Shown: one piece after another, positions 38,560 to 50,911 of the stretch | Layout: every line of letters starts with the position of its first letter | How positions within the stretch are numbered: the stretch's first letter is position 1 | Assembly (NCBI GenBank): GCA_965215505.1 | Contig: OZ244065.1 | Coordinates: 2,816,001 to 2,880,000 of the forward strand | Direction: 5' to 3' | DNA from: Capsulimonadaceae bacterium | GTDB taxonomy: Bacteria > Armatimonadota > Armatimonadia > Armatimonadales > Capsulimonadaceae | DNA: 64,000 bases | Notes under the pieces: model-generated | What the model saw: the letters and a program-made list of their open reading frames with translations, nothing else | Database searches by the model: none | What the model was told of the DNA's origin: nothing | Position numbers and translations under genes: made by a program

Positions 38560-39186
38560 TCACCGCCGGAACCGCCGTGCAGCCTGTTCCAGCCTCTCGT
38601 AAATGCGCGGCCCGTCGTCGCCCTTGCGGCCCCGCGCCTTGTCCAGAGGCGTCCGTGCCATCCAGCCGGGGATCGTTGGGTCCGCCCCCGCCACCGCCAG
38701 CAGTTCCACCATCTCCAGCGTGCCGTTCTCCGCCGCGATACGCAGGGCCGTGTCGCCGATACGCGGCTCGTTGTGCGCGTTGACGTCCGCCCTCGCGTCA
38801 ATGAGGCGTTGCGCGATGGGGACGCTGCCCACCTGCACGGCGATCATCAGCGGGGTCCGGTCGATATAATCAAACCAGTCCAGCGCGGCGCTGCCGTCGT
38901 GGTCCAGCAGCAGGCTGACCATCGGCAGGTTCACATCTTCTACCGCTGCGTGGAGCGAAGAAGCCTCCGCCTGTGCCTCCGCCGCCACCCGCGCGCCCGC
39001 ATCCAGCAGCAGGCGGACGATCTCCACTGCGCCGCCCGAAACTGCCCAGTATAGCTCGGTCGTACCGGCAGAGGAGTCGTCGGAGGTGTCCGGGATATTC
39101 GGGTCCGCGCCCTCTGCCAGCGCCTGCCAGACCAGGTCGGCGTCCTTCTCAGCCACGGCTTCGTGTAGGAACTCGTTCCAGTCCAT
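38560..39186 (-). CDS. ankyrin repeat protein
   Basis: Repeated TPL/ALH...LL..GAD motifs. Confidence 0.9.
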   Translation of the reverse strand: MDWNEFLHEAVAEKDADLVWQALAEGADPNIPDTSDDSSAGTTELYWAVSGGAVEIVRLLLDAGARVAAEAQAEASSLHAAVEDVNLPMVSLLLDHDGSAALDWFDYIDRTPLMIAVQVGSVPIAQRLIDARADVNAHNEPRIGDTALRIAAENGTLEMVELLAVAGADPTIPGWMARTPLDKARGRKGDDGPRIYERLEQAARRFRR

Positions 39187-39187
39187 G

Positions 39188-41263
<2,076 letters not shown>

Positions 41264-41605
41264 GGGGCGGGAGTTCGCCAGGGGGGGGCAAGATTCCTGC
41301 AAGAGGCGGCGGGTGAATGTCACCGGCTATGAATGACAGACCCACTCTTGCAATAGAAACCTTTCCAGGGTTGAAGATTGTAACAATGGATCATATGGGC
41401 GAACCTTGTGTTCGCCCTTGCTTGTGTTCGCCCCTTCTGTCCTGTCCGGTGTCCCTTTTTGTGCCCCAGAAAGTTTTATATAAAACTTTCCGCCGCTTCG
41501 GGTATACTAGGTCTGCTACACAGGGGAAGCACTCAACTAATGAATACCAGCGGGGGACGGTCCCCGGTTCTGGTAAAAGTGATGACGACTGTGGAGGAAG
41601 ATTAC

Positions 41606-42172
41606 ATGTCAACAGGCTCTGCTTTGATGACCCATGACGAGACGGCACTGCCGACCACCGCCCGGACGAAGCGGCACGCCCGCGAGGCTAGGCACGCCCG
41701 TGAGGTCACGGCCCTGCCGGTGGTCCTGACCGAAGACCTGACCGAAGGCCAGGCCGAAGACCTGGCCGAAGCCCCGCCCCAGCCGCTGCCGCCGCTGTTC
41801 GCGTCGGCCCTGGCCGGTTTTCTGCGGGAGGATGCCGCGCCCCCGCTCACTCTGTTCGTGGCCTCGGATGAAGTCCTGGGGGAGCGGACTCCCGACCGCG
41901 CCCTGGCGCTGACGGCGGACGGGGTGGTGTTCCTGGAGGCGGGCGAGGTGGTCCTGGGGAAGCGGCCCTGGGGCGTCAAGTCGCTGCTGTACCCTTACAC
42001 GCAGATCACGGCGGTCGGGATGGGTACGGCCCTGCTGACGGCCCGGTTCACCCTGCACGGGATGGGGAATGCCCCCGCCTGCGAGATCCCCTTGCAGTAC
42101 GAGGACATCCCCCGGTTCGAGACGGCGGCCCGCCTGATCAGCGAGCGGATCGCCGTCGGCAGGAGCCACTGA
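41606..42172 (+). CDS. hypothetical protein (possibly PH-like fold)
   Basis: GGAGG RBS before ATG 41606; host-like codon usage. Confidence 0.6.
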   Translation: MSTGSALMTHDETALPTTARTKRHAREARHAREVTALPVVLTEDLTEGQAEDLAEAPPQPLPPLFASALAGFLREDAAPPLTLFVASDEVLGERTPDRALALTADGVVFLEAGEVVLGKRPWGVKSLLYPYTQITAVGMGTALLTARFTLHGMGNAPACEIPLQYEDIPRFETAARLISERIAVGRSH

Positions 42173-42192
42173 GCGGGCGAACCGTCCGCTTC

Positions 42193-44688
42193 TCACGGGC
42201 GGGTCTGCCGCTTTCTTTCCGGCCGCCCGCGCTCGGGTGAGGGAGCGGCTTCGCTTTTGTGCATCTCCGGGTGGCGCAGCGGGAAGTCCGGGGTGGGCCA
42301 CTGCGTGGTGCGCGGGTCGTAATAAGCGCCCGCCAGTCCCGCCTCCGTCAGAAGGGTGCGCTTCAGGTGCGCGCCTTCCAGGTGGGCCTGGCGGAGGTCC
42401 GCGTGGCGGAGGTCCGCTCCACTCAGGTCTGCCCCCTTCAGGTCGGCCTCGCTGAGATCGGCGCTGCACAGGCCCGCCCCCTCCAGGTGCGCCAGGCGGA
42501 GATCGGCCCCGCTGAGATCCGCGCCGTCCAGGTGGGCCTCACGGGCCTTCACCCGGTTCAGGAAGGCGGCCCGCAGATGCGCGCCTTCCAGTTTGGCCTG
42601 ATAGAGCGTGGCGTCTTCCAGGTGGAACCGAATCAGGTTGCTGTAGCGCAGGTTCATGCCCGTCAGGACCAGGCCGCTGAAGTTGCTGTTCTTCAGGCGC
42701 GTCTCGTGGTCGTTGGCGAGTTCCAGGAGCGACAACTGCTGCGGGTTGTAGTGCGCCAGTATCCAGTTCTCTGCGGTATTGATGCAGTGGATGTCGGCCG
42801 CGCCGTTGCCGTCGGTCAGGAGGGCATTCTCCAGATGTGCGCCTTGCAGGTCCGCCCCCGTGAGCGTTGCCCCTCTCATCTGCGCGCCGCCCAAGTCCGC
42901 CCCGATCAGGCTCGCCTTCGTGAGATCAGCGCCCCGCAGGTCGGCATCATGGAGGTCGGCGTACTGTAGGTTGGCCTTCTTCAAGCTGGCGTAGCGCAGC
43001 GAGGTCCGCCTCAGGGGTGAGCCGGCGAGGTTATACCCATCCAATTGACAGTTCAGGTGTGTCGGGATGATGTTGTCGCCTTCCCTCGCGAGGTAGTCCT
43101 TTATCCGAGCGTCGTGGTCACTCGGGAGGCCCAGGAGCGCGCACTGTTTGCTGTCGTACTGGGCCAGAAACCAGTAGCGGGCCTTCTTGTGACTGATGTA
43201 GTCCAGGTCGGCTTCCCGCAGATCGGCCCCGGTGAGGTCCGCGTCGGCCAGGCTCGCATCCTGAAGGTTCGCATGCCGCAGGTTCGCCCAGGTCAGGTTG
43301 GCCCCACTCAGGTCCGCCCCTTCCGCACGGGCGTAGCGCAGGTCGGTGCCTTGCAGAGCGGCGGCCGTGCTGTCCCCCGCCGTGCCGTCCCCCGCCGCGC
43401 CGTCCCCCGCCGCGCCGTGCTGTGCCGGCAGGCGCGGGTCCTGGAGGCGGGCGAAGGCGGAGGCGTGCGTCTCATCAAGGAGCCACGGTACGGCCTGGAG
43501 GGCGCGCTGGCGCGCGATGTTCCACAGGCCGACGCCGGCAGGCTCTTCCGGGGGGTGTCCATAGAAGGCGGCGGCGGAAAACAGCACCAGGGCGAGCGCG
43601 CCGAGGGCGGCCTTGTAAGTCAGATGTTCCCCCATGACCCGGAGCCAGCCGTTCTGCCAGGCACAGATCTTCGTCTGGTCACGCTCCAGCGTGATGCGCG
43701 CCAGGTGGTGGAACATGATCGCCGACCACACGCCGACGGCGAGCATCAGCATGTGCAGGCTGGTGATCGGCCAGCTGCGGCAGCACAGGTAGCGCGCCCA
43801 GAAGGGCACGAGCAGGACGGGCGGCAGCCAGTAGACGACAGCCTCCCAGAGTTTCTCCTGGAAGAACATCAGCGGCGTCCGCATCGGGTCCGGCCTCAGA
43901 TGCTTGAAGTAGAGGCGCACCAGGTCGTTGACGAGCCAGGGATAGGACTTGCGATCCAGGGGCGTCCCGTCCGGAAAGATGGCGGGCAATGTCGCCAGCG
44001 TCTCCCAGAGCCGCTGGAGGTAGAGGTGGAAGGCGAAGTACAGCCCCAGAAGGATGAGCGGGCCGAACAGGAAAAAGAGCTTGACACTGATTTCCGCATC
44101 CACCAGGGGCAGCTTCGCGGTGGCGGAACCGGTCAGGACCTGGACGTCGGTCATCCGGGCGATGGTCAGCAGCATGAACGCGCAGGCGGCCAGCAGGGAG
44201 ACCAGCAGCTTGCCGGCGTTCTCGCTCAGCTCCTTCACATGCGTCAGCGCCTCAAAGCTTCTGATGTCCGTCGGCAGGCTGGTGCCGCGCAGGTTGGCAC
44301 CGCTGAGTTGTTCCGGGAGCAGGTTCTTGACTCGGCTCAAGTCGGAGCGGCTGAGGTCCGCATCCTGTAGCCGGCATCCTTGCAGGTCCGCCCCGCCGAA
44401 GTCATGGTCGGTCTTCACCCAGCCGCGCCGGTCCTGGTTCTTGTAGTCGCCGTCTGCGGGCGGCTCCGCCCCCGGCGCGGGCCTGACGCAGCTGAACCCG
44501 AGGGCGGGCCTGCGCCGGCAGTCCGCGCACGGCGTCTTCGGTGTGCCCTCCCCGGCACCCCCCTCGGGGGTTCCGGCGGAGGCGTCCGCGCCGGGGCCTC
44601 TCCCCGTGGCGAAGCGGAACGGCAGCAGTCTCGCGAACGGTTTTCGTTTCGTCTCCGGCGGGGCGTCGGGAGGAAGAAGGGCGGGCAT
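42193..44688 (-). CDS. membrane protein with multiple pentapeptide-repeat blocks
   Basis: A(D/N)Lxx repeats before and after about five TM segments; AGGAG RBS. Confidence 0.88.
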   Translation of the reverse strand: MPALLPPDAPPETKRKPFARLLPFRFATGRGPGADASAGTPEGGAGEGTPKTPCADCRRRPALGFSCVRPAPGAEPPADGDYKNQDRRGWVKTDHDFGGADLQGCRLQDADLSRSDLSRVKNLLPEQLSGANLRGTSLPTDIRSFEALTHVKELSENAGKLLVSLLAACAFMLLTIARMTDVQVLTGSATAKLPLVDAEISVKLFFLFGPLILLGLYFAFHLYLQRLWETLATLPAIFPDGTPLDRKSYPWLVNDLVRLYFKHLRPDPMRTPLMFFQEKLWEAVVYWLPPVLLVPFWARYLCCRSWPITSLHMLMLAVGVWSAIMFHHLARITLERDQTKICAWQNGWLRVMGEHLTYKAALGALALVLFSAAAFYGHPPEEPAGVGLWNIARQRALQAVPWLLDETHASAFARLQDPRLPAQHGAAGDGAAGDGTAGDSTAAALQGTDLRYARAEGADLSGANLTWANLRHANLQDASLADADLTGADLREADLDYISHKKARYWFLAQYDSKQCALLGLPSDHDARIKDYLAREGDNIIPTHLNCQLDGYNLAGSPLRRTSLRYASLKKANLQYADLHDADLRGADLTKASLIGADLGGAQMRGATLTGADLQGAHLENALLTDGNGAADIHCINTAENWILAHYNPQQLSLLELANDHETRLKNSNFSGLVLTGMNLRYSNLIRFHLEDATLYQAKLEGAHLRAAFLNRVKAREAHLDGADLSGADLRLAHLEGAGLCSADLSEADLKGADLSGADLRHADLRQAHLEGAHLKRTLLTEAGLAGAYYDPRTTQWPTPDFPLRHPEMHKSEAAPSPERGRPERKRQTRP

Positions 44689-44735
44689 GGCTGACTCCTC
44701 GGTACGGCGTGGGAAGGATGGGAGGCCGCGGAGAC

Positions 44736-44795
44736 ATCTTAGCACGCCGTAAACCGGCTGTCAAGGATTTAGAGAGGCGTGTGACAATTATCACA
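44736..44795 (-). promoter_or_regulatory. sigma70 promoter (TTGACA-17-TAAGAT) with upstream CRP/FNR-type site
   Basis: TGTGA-caatta-TCACA at 44780-44795; -35 at 44764-44759; -10 at 44741-44736. Confidence 0.65.
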
Positions 44796-44931
44796 CGTTC
44801 CCATCTGCCGTCGCCCGGTGAGAGTTTCCTTCCGCATGAGGCCCGACTTTGCCGGATGGCCCAGCCGGGCCCACAATGGGCCCGGCCCTTCAGGGCCGGG
44901 ACGCCGTGATCGCCCCGCTGCAACCCTTCCC

Positions 44932-46542
44932 CTACTTCCGCGTGAACACCATCCGGTTCAGGTCATAGCCGCCGGTGTCTTCCACCAGCCGGAGGACCTG
45001 ACGGCCTGCCGGCAGGGTGATGGCGGCGTCCACGGTGGCCCATTTCTGCCAGCCGCCGGTATCGGCGACGCTGACCGGGCCGGAGAGGTCCTTGCCGGCC
45101 GCGTCTTCCAGGTGGAACCGGCCGCCCGCGCCCGCCGCCGAGACGCGGAAGCCGACCGTATAGGCCCCCGCCGCCTGCGCCGTGACGGTGTACCGGAGCC
45201 ACTGCCCCGCCGCCGTCCAGCCGACGTAGTAGCCGCCCCCGGCATCCGTACACTCTTCGATGTCTACGCCGTCATGGGGGCGGTAGGTGGCCCCGCCGCT
45301 GTTCGTGCCGTCGGCGTCATGGAAGCCGAGTCCCTCCCCGCCCGCATCATAATCCTCCACTTCCACCGTCCCCGGCACCGCCCGAGGCGCACCGCCGTGG
45401 GGCGCTTCCACGGCCTGCTGCGCCGCCGCATCGCGCTCGCGGGATTTCGGAGACTGTCCCGCCGCGTTGACGGCGGCGACCGTGTAGTAATACTTGACCT
45501 TGGGGGCCAGGCCGGTCTCCAGGAAGGAGGTGGCGGCGATCCCCGTCTTGTACGGCGCGGCGTCCCTGTCGCCGCGTTTCGTGCTGCGGTAGACGGAGTA
45601 GGTGGTCGCGGCGATGTCGCCCGGCCAGGACAAGGCGATCTGCCCGCCCTCGGCAGGCTCCGCGGTCAGCCCCTTCGGCGCGGCGGGGACGGTCGGCGTC
45701 CCCTGGTAGACGCGGACATAGTCCACGAGCATCCGCTGCGGGAAGACCGTGGTGGCGTCCGGCTTGCCGGGCCAGTCGCCGCCGATGGCGGTGTTCAGGA
45801 TGAGGAAGCAGGGCGCGTTGAAGGGCCACGGGTTCTTGCCGTATTCGGCGGGCGTCCGGGTCTCGTACAGCGCACCGTCTATGTAGAACGAGAAGGAGTC
45901 CTTGGCCCAGAGCATCTGGAACAGGTGATAATCGTCGTGGAAGGCCGCGCCGCCCGGCAGGTCATAGGGCGCGTTCTTAGTGAAGTTCGCGTGCGGGTGC
46001 GGGTCGTCCGGCGCGGCGCTGTGCAGGCTGCTGAGGTTGTGGCCCTCCCAGGACTTCTTGCCGATGTTCTCCATGATGTCCACCTCGCCGCTCGTCGGCC
46101 AGCCCACCATGCGGATGTTCGCGCCAAGCATCCAGTAGGCGGGCCAGATGCCCTGGCCGTAGGGCAGCTTGATCCGCGCTTCAAAGAAGCCGTACTGGAA
46201 GGTCTTCTTTCCCTGCGTGAGCAGACGCGCCGACTCGTAACCGTGCGTGTCGGTCGCGAGGATCTGCAAGGCCTCGCCGTCGGTCGTTCCGGGCGCGGCG
46301 ACGATCTGGGCGTGTTCGAGGTCGCTGACGTAGGTTTCCAGCTCGCCGTTGCCCCAGCCTCCGCCCCCCGTGTCGTGGCCCCAGACGGCGGGGTCCGGCT
46401 TCGCGCCGACCCCCTGGTGGAACTCCTCGCTCCAGGCGAGACGGTAGCCCGGCGGCGGGTCCGCCTGCGCCGGGCCGAGGAGCCAAGCGGCGGTCATGCA
46501 GGCGAGCAGGGGAGCCAGACGTCGGGGGTGTGTCTTGCTCAT
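44932..46542 (-). CDS. secreted GH16 laminarinase-like enzyme with FN3 and CBM6-like domains
   Basis: Signal peptide, GWGNGELE, WPAYWMLG, GEVDIME, FN3 region, then GWTAAGQWLRYTV and TGGWQKW. Confidence 0.9.
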   Translation of the reverse strand: MSKTHPRRLAPLLACMTAAWLLGPAQADPPPGYRLAWSEEFHQGVGAKPDPAVWGHDTGGGGWGNGELETYVSDLEHAQIVAAPGTTDGEALQILATDTHGYESARLLTQGKKTFQYGFFEARIKLPYGQGIWPAYWMLGANIRMVGWPTSGEVDIMENIGKKSWEGHNLSSLHSAAPDDPHPHANFTKNAPYDLPGGAAFHDDYHLFQMLWAKDSFSFYIDGALYETRTPAEYGKNPWPFNAPCFLILNTAIGGDWPGKPDATTVFPQRMLVDYVRVYQGTPTVPAAPKGLTAEPAEGGQIALSWPGDIAATTYSVYRSTKRGDRDAAPYKTGIAATSFLETGLAPKVKYYYTVAAVNAAGQSPKSRERDAAAQQAVEAPHGGAPRAVPGTVEVEDYDAGGEGLGFHDADGTNSGGATYRPHDGVDIEECTDAGGGYYVGWTAAGQWLRYTVTAQAAGAYTVGFRVSAAGAGGRFHLEDAAGKDLSGPVSVADTGGWQKWATVDAAITLPAGRQVLRLVEDTGGYDLNRMVFTRK

Positions 46543-46628
46543 CGGTCGGTGTCCTCTTTCGGGGTGCGTGTTCGGCAGGAGGTTAATGCTATCTTCGCCG
46601 TAGAGACGGGGATTTCCTGCCGGAAGGA

Positions 46629-46724
46629 AGCCCGGCCTTGAAAGGCCGGGCTACTCCTGAGTGGAAACCCCTCCTGGGTTGAAGATGTGCCTGCCGGCGT
46701 AGGGGCGCTACTTGCTGCGCCCTC
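46629..46724. repeat. TGAA-loop hairpin and GTAG-REP
   Basis: AGCCCGGCCT-TGAA-AGGCCGGGCT (46629-46652); GTAGGGGCGCTACTTGCTGCGCCCTC (46699-46724). Confidence 0.65.
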
Positions 46725-46758
46725 CTAATCCTCGCCAGGTCCTGTTCCTGGCCGGTCT

Positions 46759-47247
46759 CTATCTCCGGTTGGCCCACCACCAATCAACATAGTCCGTGTC
46801 CGGCACCTCCCCGCCCAACTGGTTCACCAGCAAGGCGGCCTGGCCCCGATGGTAGGAGGCATGGCCGAACAACTGGACGATCTGCACTTCGACAGGCACG
46901 CTGAAGCTTTGCCCCTCCTCGCTGAACTCGAACTCTCGGGCCAGCCGGTCTTCATCGAGGCGCGCGAGGTAGTCCGTCCACTGGGCCTGAATGGCGGCGA
47001 ACCGTGGCCCCAGGGCGGCGAGGTCATGCGCCCCGTCGTACTGGGCCGCTCGGTTGAAGTCGGTTTTGTCCATGTGGCCGAGCCAGTATTCGCGGCAGCC
47101 CGCCAGATGGCCGGCGATCGAGACGGCCTGCTGGAAGCGGGCGTCGGCTCGGCTGTCTTCCGGGACCGATTCGATCATGGCGAGCATTTTCTGGTCAGCG
47201 TCCTTCTCGTGTTCGTAGGACTCGCGGTAGTGTTGGAGCAGCGACAT
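46759..47247 (-). CDS. DinB/YfiT-family protein
   Basis: HL...E..W and HASYHRGQ...LG...P.TDY motifs; AGGAGG RBS. Confidence 0.85.
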   Translation of the reverse strand: MSLLQHYRESYEHEKDADQKMLAMIESVPEDSRADARFQQAVSIAGHLAGCREYWLGHMDKTDFNRAAQYDGAHDLAALGPRFAAIQAQWTDYLARLDEDRLAREFEFSEEGQSFSVPVEVQIVQLFGHASYHRGQAALLVNQLGGEVPDTDYVDWWWANRR

Positions 47248-47370
47248 GGGGGATGCCTCCTGAAAAGACGTATGGCATAGGGATGAGATACGAATGGGTG
47301 TTCGCCGTGGCTCCGCTGATTTCCTGCCGGAAGGCCATTGGCCATTCATGGCCGGTTTATCTTAACACAC

Positions 47371-47399
47371 TTGACAAATATTTTACAGCCGTGTATAAT
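47371..47399 (+). promoter_or_regulatory. consensus sigma70 promoter of the tetR-MFS operon
   Basis: TTGACA-17bp-TATAAT; ATG follows 7 nt after the -10; TACA-gccg-TGTA palindrome is a possible operator. Confidence 0.8.
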
Positions 47400-47406
47400 A
47401 TTCCCA

Positions 47407-48030
47407 ATGATCACCACACGGCTCGAAGAACAACAGGAGCAGCTCGGCCTGCGGGAGCGGCAGCGGCAGGCGCGGGGCGAGGCCATCCTGGAGGCGGCCT
47501 TCGCCTTGATCGTCGAGCAGGGCTATGACGCCCTGACGATGGAGGCGCTGGCCGCGCGCGTCGGCATCTCCCGGCAGACTTTGTACCACCACTTCGCCTC
47601 GCGCGAGGACATCATCCTGCGCGCGGTCCTGACCCTGACCGAGCGGGGCATCGAGGCCATCCACTCCTTCGGCTCGTCCCTGCCGCCGGTCGAGCGGCTG
47701 AAAGGCATCGTGCGCTGGCTGCTGGAGCGGCGTTTCGAGCCGATCACGGCGGCGCTCGTCAAGGTCCGCCACTCCTTGATGAGCATCAAGTCGCACCCGG
47801 ACTACCGGCGCGCGGCCGAGCGGCGGACGTTTGCCCTGGCGCAGATCGTGTCGGCGGCGCAGGAGGCGGGGGAACTGCGCGCCGACCTGCCGCCCCACCT
47901 GATCGTCCGGATGCTGCTCGGGCTGGTCGCGGACACCTCCTATGAGGACCTAATTGCGACCGGCCAAACAACGCTCCCCGAGGTCGCGGAGACGGTCATC
48001 GCCGTCTTCTTCACCGGGCTTCGCCCGTAA
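47407..48030 (+). CDS. TetR/AcrR-family regulator
   Basis: ILEAAFALIVEQGYDALTMEALAARVGISRQTLYHHF. Confidence 0.95.
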   Translation: MITTRLEEQQEQLGLRERQRQARGEAILEAAFALIVEQGYDALTMEALAARVGISRQTLYHHFASREDIILRAVLTLTERGIEAIHSFGSSLPPVERLKGIVRWLLERRFEPITAALVKVRHSLMSIKSHPDYRRAAERRTFALAQIVSAAQEAGELRADLPPHLIVRMLLGLVADTSYEDLIATGQTTLPEVAETVIAVFFTGLRP

Positions 48031-48041
48031 AGGCTTTCCCC

Positions 48042-49733
48042 ATGTCTACCACGACCGTTCCGGTGCCTCGGGAGGCCCTGAACGACCTTAGCATACAGAC
48101 AAGCAGACAGGCAGACCGGCAGCGGCAGGAGCGGCCCGCCCCGGCGTCCCCGCCCAGACCGGCCGGGCACGAGGCGGTCAACCCGTTCCGCTGGTTCATC
48201 CTGGCCGGCCTGATCACGGCGGCGATCCTGCAAGTGCTGGACACCACCATCGTCAACGTCGCCCTGCCGCAGATGGCGGGGAATTTGGGCGCGACCAGCG
48301 AGGAGATCGGCTGGGTCGTGACTGGGTACATCCTGTCCAACGTCATCTTCCTGCCGATGACCGCGTTCCTGACCCAGCGTTTCGGGCGCAAGCGCTACCT
48401 GACGGCCTCGATCCTCCTGTTCATCGTCGCCTCCTTCTTCTGCGGCACGTCCCACAGTCTGGGCGAGATCGTCTTCTGGCGCGTCTTGCAGGGCGCGGGC
48501 GGCGCGGCCCTGCTGTCCACCTCGCAGGCGACTCTGGTGCAGGTCTTCCCCAAAGGCGAGCAGGGATTGGTCCAGTCCCTCTTCATGATGAGTCTGACCG
48601 TCGCGCCGACATTGGGGCCGACCCTGGGCGGCTACATCACCGACAACTACACCTGGAACTGGTGTTTTCTCATCAACGTCCCCATCGGCATCCTCGCCGC
48701 GTTCTTCGTGGTGACCTTCCTGCACGACACCGAAGCGCCGAGCAAGGCGGGCCGCGTGGACTGGCTCGGGATCGGGCTGCTGGCCGTCGGCCTGGGGGCG
48801 ATGCAGTACGTCTTGGAGGAGGGGGAGCGCAACGACTGGTTCCAGAGCAGCTTCATCACCGGCCTCGCCGCCCTGTCGGTCGTCTCCCTGATCGCCCTGG
48901 TCTGGTGGCAGCTCTCGCGCCGGAATCCCGCGCCGGTGATCGACTTCCGGGTGCTGCAAAACAGGACGCTTTCGGCGACTTTGTTCCTGTTCGTCGTGCT
49001 GGGCTTCGGCATCTACGGCGGGACGTACCTGTTCCCGCTGCTGGCGCAGACCGTGCTGGGCTTTACTTCCATGCAGACCGGCCTGGCCCTGCTGCCCGGC
49101 GGCGTCGCGACCGGCGTCAGCATCCTGCTGTGCGGGGTCCTCCTGAACCGGCCCAAGGCGCTCATTGACATCCGCTGGGTGATCGTCAGCGGCACCGTGG
49201 TGACGATGGTCTCGATGTGGATGCTCGGCCACCTCTCGCCCCAGTCGGGCACGGCGGACACGACCCTGGCCCTGCTGCTCCGGGGCCTGGGGACCGGCCT
49301 GCTGTTCGTCCCCATCAACCAGGTCGCCTTCGCCAGCCTCAAGAAGAGCGAGTTGCAGCAGGCCTCGGGCCTCCTCAGCCTGTCCCGCCAGCTCGGCGGC
49401 TCGTTCGGGATCGCCCTGCTCGCGACCTTCGTCCAGCAGCACATCCAGTTCCACCGGGTCGGGCTTCTGAGCCACTACGCGCTGTCGAACGGCCTGTTCG
49501 CCCAGCGCCTGCAAGGGCTGACCGGGGCCTTGGTGACCCACGGCATGAGCCGGGCGGACGCCGCCCCCGCCGCCCTGGGCCTGCTGGAGTCCGGCCTGAT
49601 GCGCCAGGCGATGACGATGAGCTACAACGATGCCTTCCTGGTCATGCTGATCGTCAACCTGATCACCCTCCCCGCCGTCCTGCTCCTGCGCCGCCCCAAA
49701 GCGTCCGTGCATGTCGAGGCGGTGATGGAGTGA
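48042..49733 (+). CDS. DHA2/EmrB-family MFS efflux permease
   Basis: LDTTIVNVALP, RVLQGAGG, APTLGPTLGG, WCFLINVPIG. Confidence 0.95.
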   Translation: MSTTTVPVPREALNDLSIQTSRQADRQRQERPAPASPPRPAGHEAVNPFRWFILAGLITAAILQVLDTTIVNVALPQMAGNLGATSEEIGWVVTGYILSNVIFLPMTAFLTQRFGRKRYLTASILLFIVASFFCGTSHSLGEIVFWRVLQGAGGAALLSTSQATLVQVFPKGEQGLVQSLFMMSLTVAPTLGPTLGGYITDNYTWNWCFLINVPIGILAAFFVVTFLHDTEAPSKAGRVDWLGIGLLAVGLGAMQYVLEEGERNDWFQSSFITGLAALSVVSLIALVWWQLSRRNPAPVIDFRVLQNRTLSATLFLFVVLGFGIYGGTYLFPLLAQTVLGFTSMQTGLALLPGGVATGVSILLCGVLLNRPKALIDIRWVIVSGTVVTMVSMWMLGHLSPQSGTADTTLALLLRGLGTGLLFVPINQVAFASLKKSELQQASGLLSLSRQLGGSFGIALLATFVQQHIQFHRVGLLSHYALSNGLFAQRLQGLTGALVTHGMSRADAAPAALGLLESGLMRQAMTMSYNDAFLVMLIVNLITLPAVLLLRRPKASVHVEAVME

Positions 49734-49804
49734 CACAAACGAAAAGACGCCCCATGCGAAAATCCGCAAAGGAGCGTCTGCTTTTTCCGAACTCTGCGCG
49801 GAGG

Positions 49805-50251
49805 TCATGCCCTGGAAAGCTGGTACTCAGGAGAAGCCATTAGCTCTTTTGCCTTCTTGATGGCTGTCGCTTTGGCCGCCTCAGAGATTGCTTCTCGGTC
49901 TCCGATAAAATCCTCGGCACTCGCGACTGCGATCTCTGCATCCGCCTTTGTCACCGGCGGGGAAGGTGAATAGTCAGCCCTGACACGGAAACTCTTCAAC
50001 GTGTCGCCTAGCTTCCCTAGGGAGGCCCCATCATTATTCCAACTGCGGATGAACGCATCCCAGACAAACCTATGGACATTCATTCGGGGAACCGTCACCT
50101 GATTTGCTTCAAGTATCAGCCGCGCTCTCCAGAACGCGGCGTAGTAAGCGCGGCTTGAAGAGGCCCTGGCCGAAGCCTCACTACTGACAAGATCAACAAG
50201 GTTCCTGGCAAGAACCAGGTACTCGTTCCAGTCGAACCCATCTTCAGGCAT
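49805..50251 (-). CDS. HEPN-domain protein
   Basis: FDWNEYL, SRAYYAAF, R(VRA)DY. Confidence 0.8.
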   Translation of the reverse strand: MPEDGFDWNEYLVLARNLVDLVSSEASARASSSRAYYAAFWRARLILEANQVTVPRMNVHRFVWDAFIRSWNNDGASLGKLGDTLKSFRVRADYSPSPPVTKADAEIAVASAEDFIGDREAISEAAKATAIKKAKELMASPEYQLSRA

Positions 50252-50689
50252 TCAGACGGCTTCCACTTCGAAGTTGAGCGGCGACTCCAGCGCTTGCGCC
50301 TGTTTCATCCACCACTCCCGATAGAACTGCTTCCTGAGAGAGATGGCTTCCCGGACCGGTTCGTGCGTCTGGATGCGGGCGAAAAGGGACACATCATTGT
50401 CGCCGTCCCGGTCAACCAGGACTTGCAGCGTTAGGGCGACTCCCCTGCCGAATATTCCTTCTATTGCCGGCACTGCGGCGAGAAGCGTCTTGGCTACATC
50501 AGGGTGGCCCGTGAGGAAGGTCTTGACCTCTTCGTCTTTGATGTAAGTGTACCGCCGGGCGACACGCGAAGCCGCCCCTTCCCCCCTGCCGTCTCCAACG
50601 TATTCTGCGTATGAGCGGCGGGCATGGACGCGGCCAGCCGAAACATCGGCCAGCCCTCCGTCCAGGGCGGCGTTCACTTCCGCCGGCAC
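50252..50689 (-). CDS. hypothetical protein, putative HEPN partner/antitoxin
   Basis: Stop abuts the HEPN ATG (TGAATG); EVKTFL..HP...IFG...EWW pattern. Start uncertain. Confidence 0.55.
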   Translation of the reverse strand: MPAEVNAALDGGLADVSAGRVHARRSYAEYVGDGRGEGAASRVARRYTYIKDEEVKTFLTGHPDVAKTLLAAVPAIEGIFGRGVALTLQVLVDRDGDNDVSLFARIQTHEPVREAISLRKQFYREWWMKQAQALESPLNFEVEAV

Positions 50690-50911
50690 GGCTCCGTTAG
50701 CGGCGGGTGCAGGTTCGCGGGGTTATCCGTTTCCGCCCGTGCTGTCCTCTGTGTTATCGTCTCCTGTGCCACTCTGGATGGTTCCTTTTCTCTTGCCCGC
50801 CTTCCCTGGCTTCAACCCTTGCCGTTCTTCATCGGCAGCCCCCGCCCATCACCTACCCACTGTTATTGTAGCATCAAAGTCGGCGGCTGTGAACTTTGCT
50901 CCACGGCAGGC

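Noticed and set aside
46611-47334. 17-bp direct repeat GATTTCCTGCCGGAAGG flanking dinB as a target-site duplication or att site
   Set aside because: Both copies coincide with the -35 part of the sigmaH-like promoter motif that also occurs at four other genes, so a promoter is the simpler explanation.
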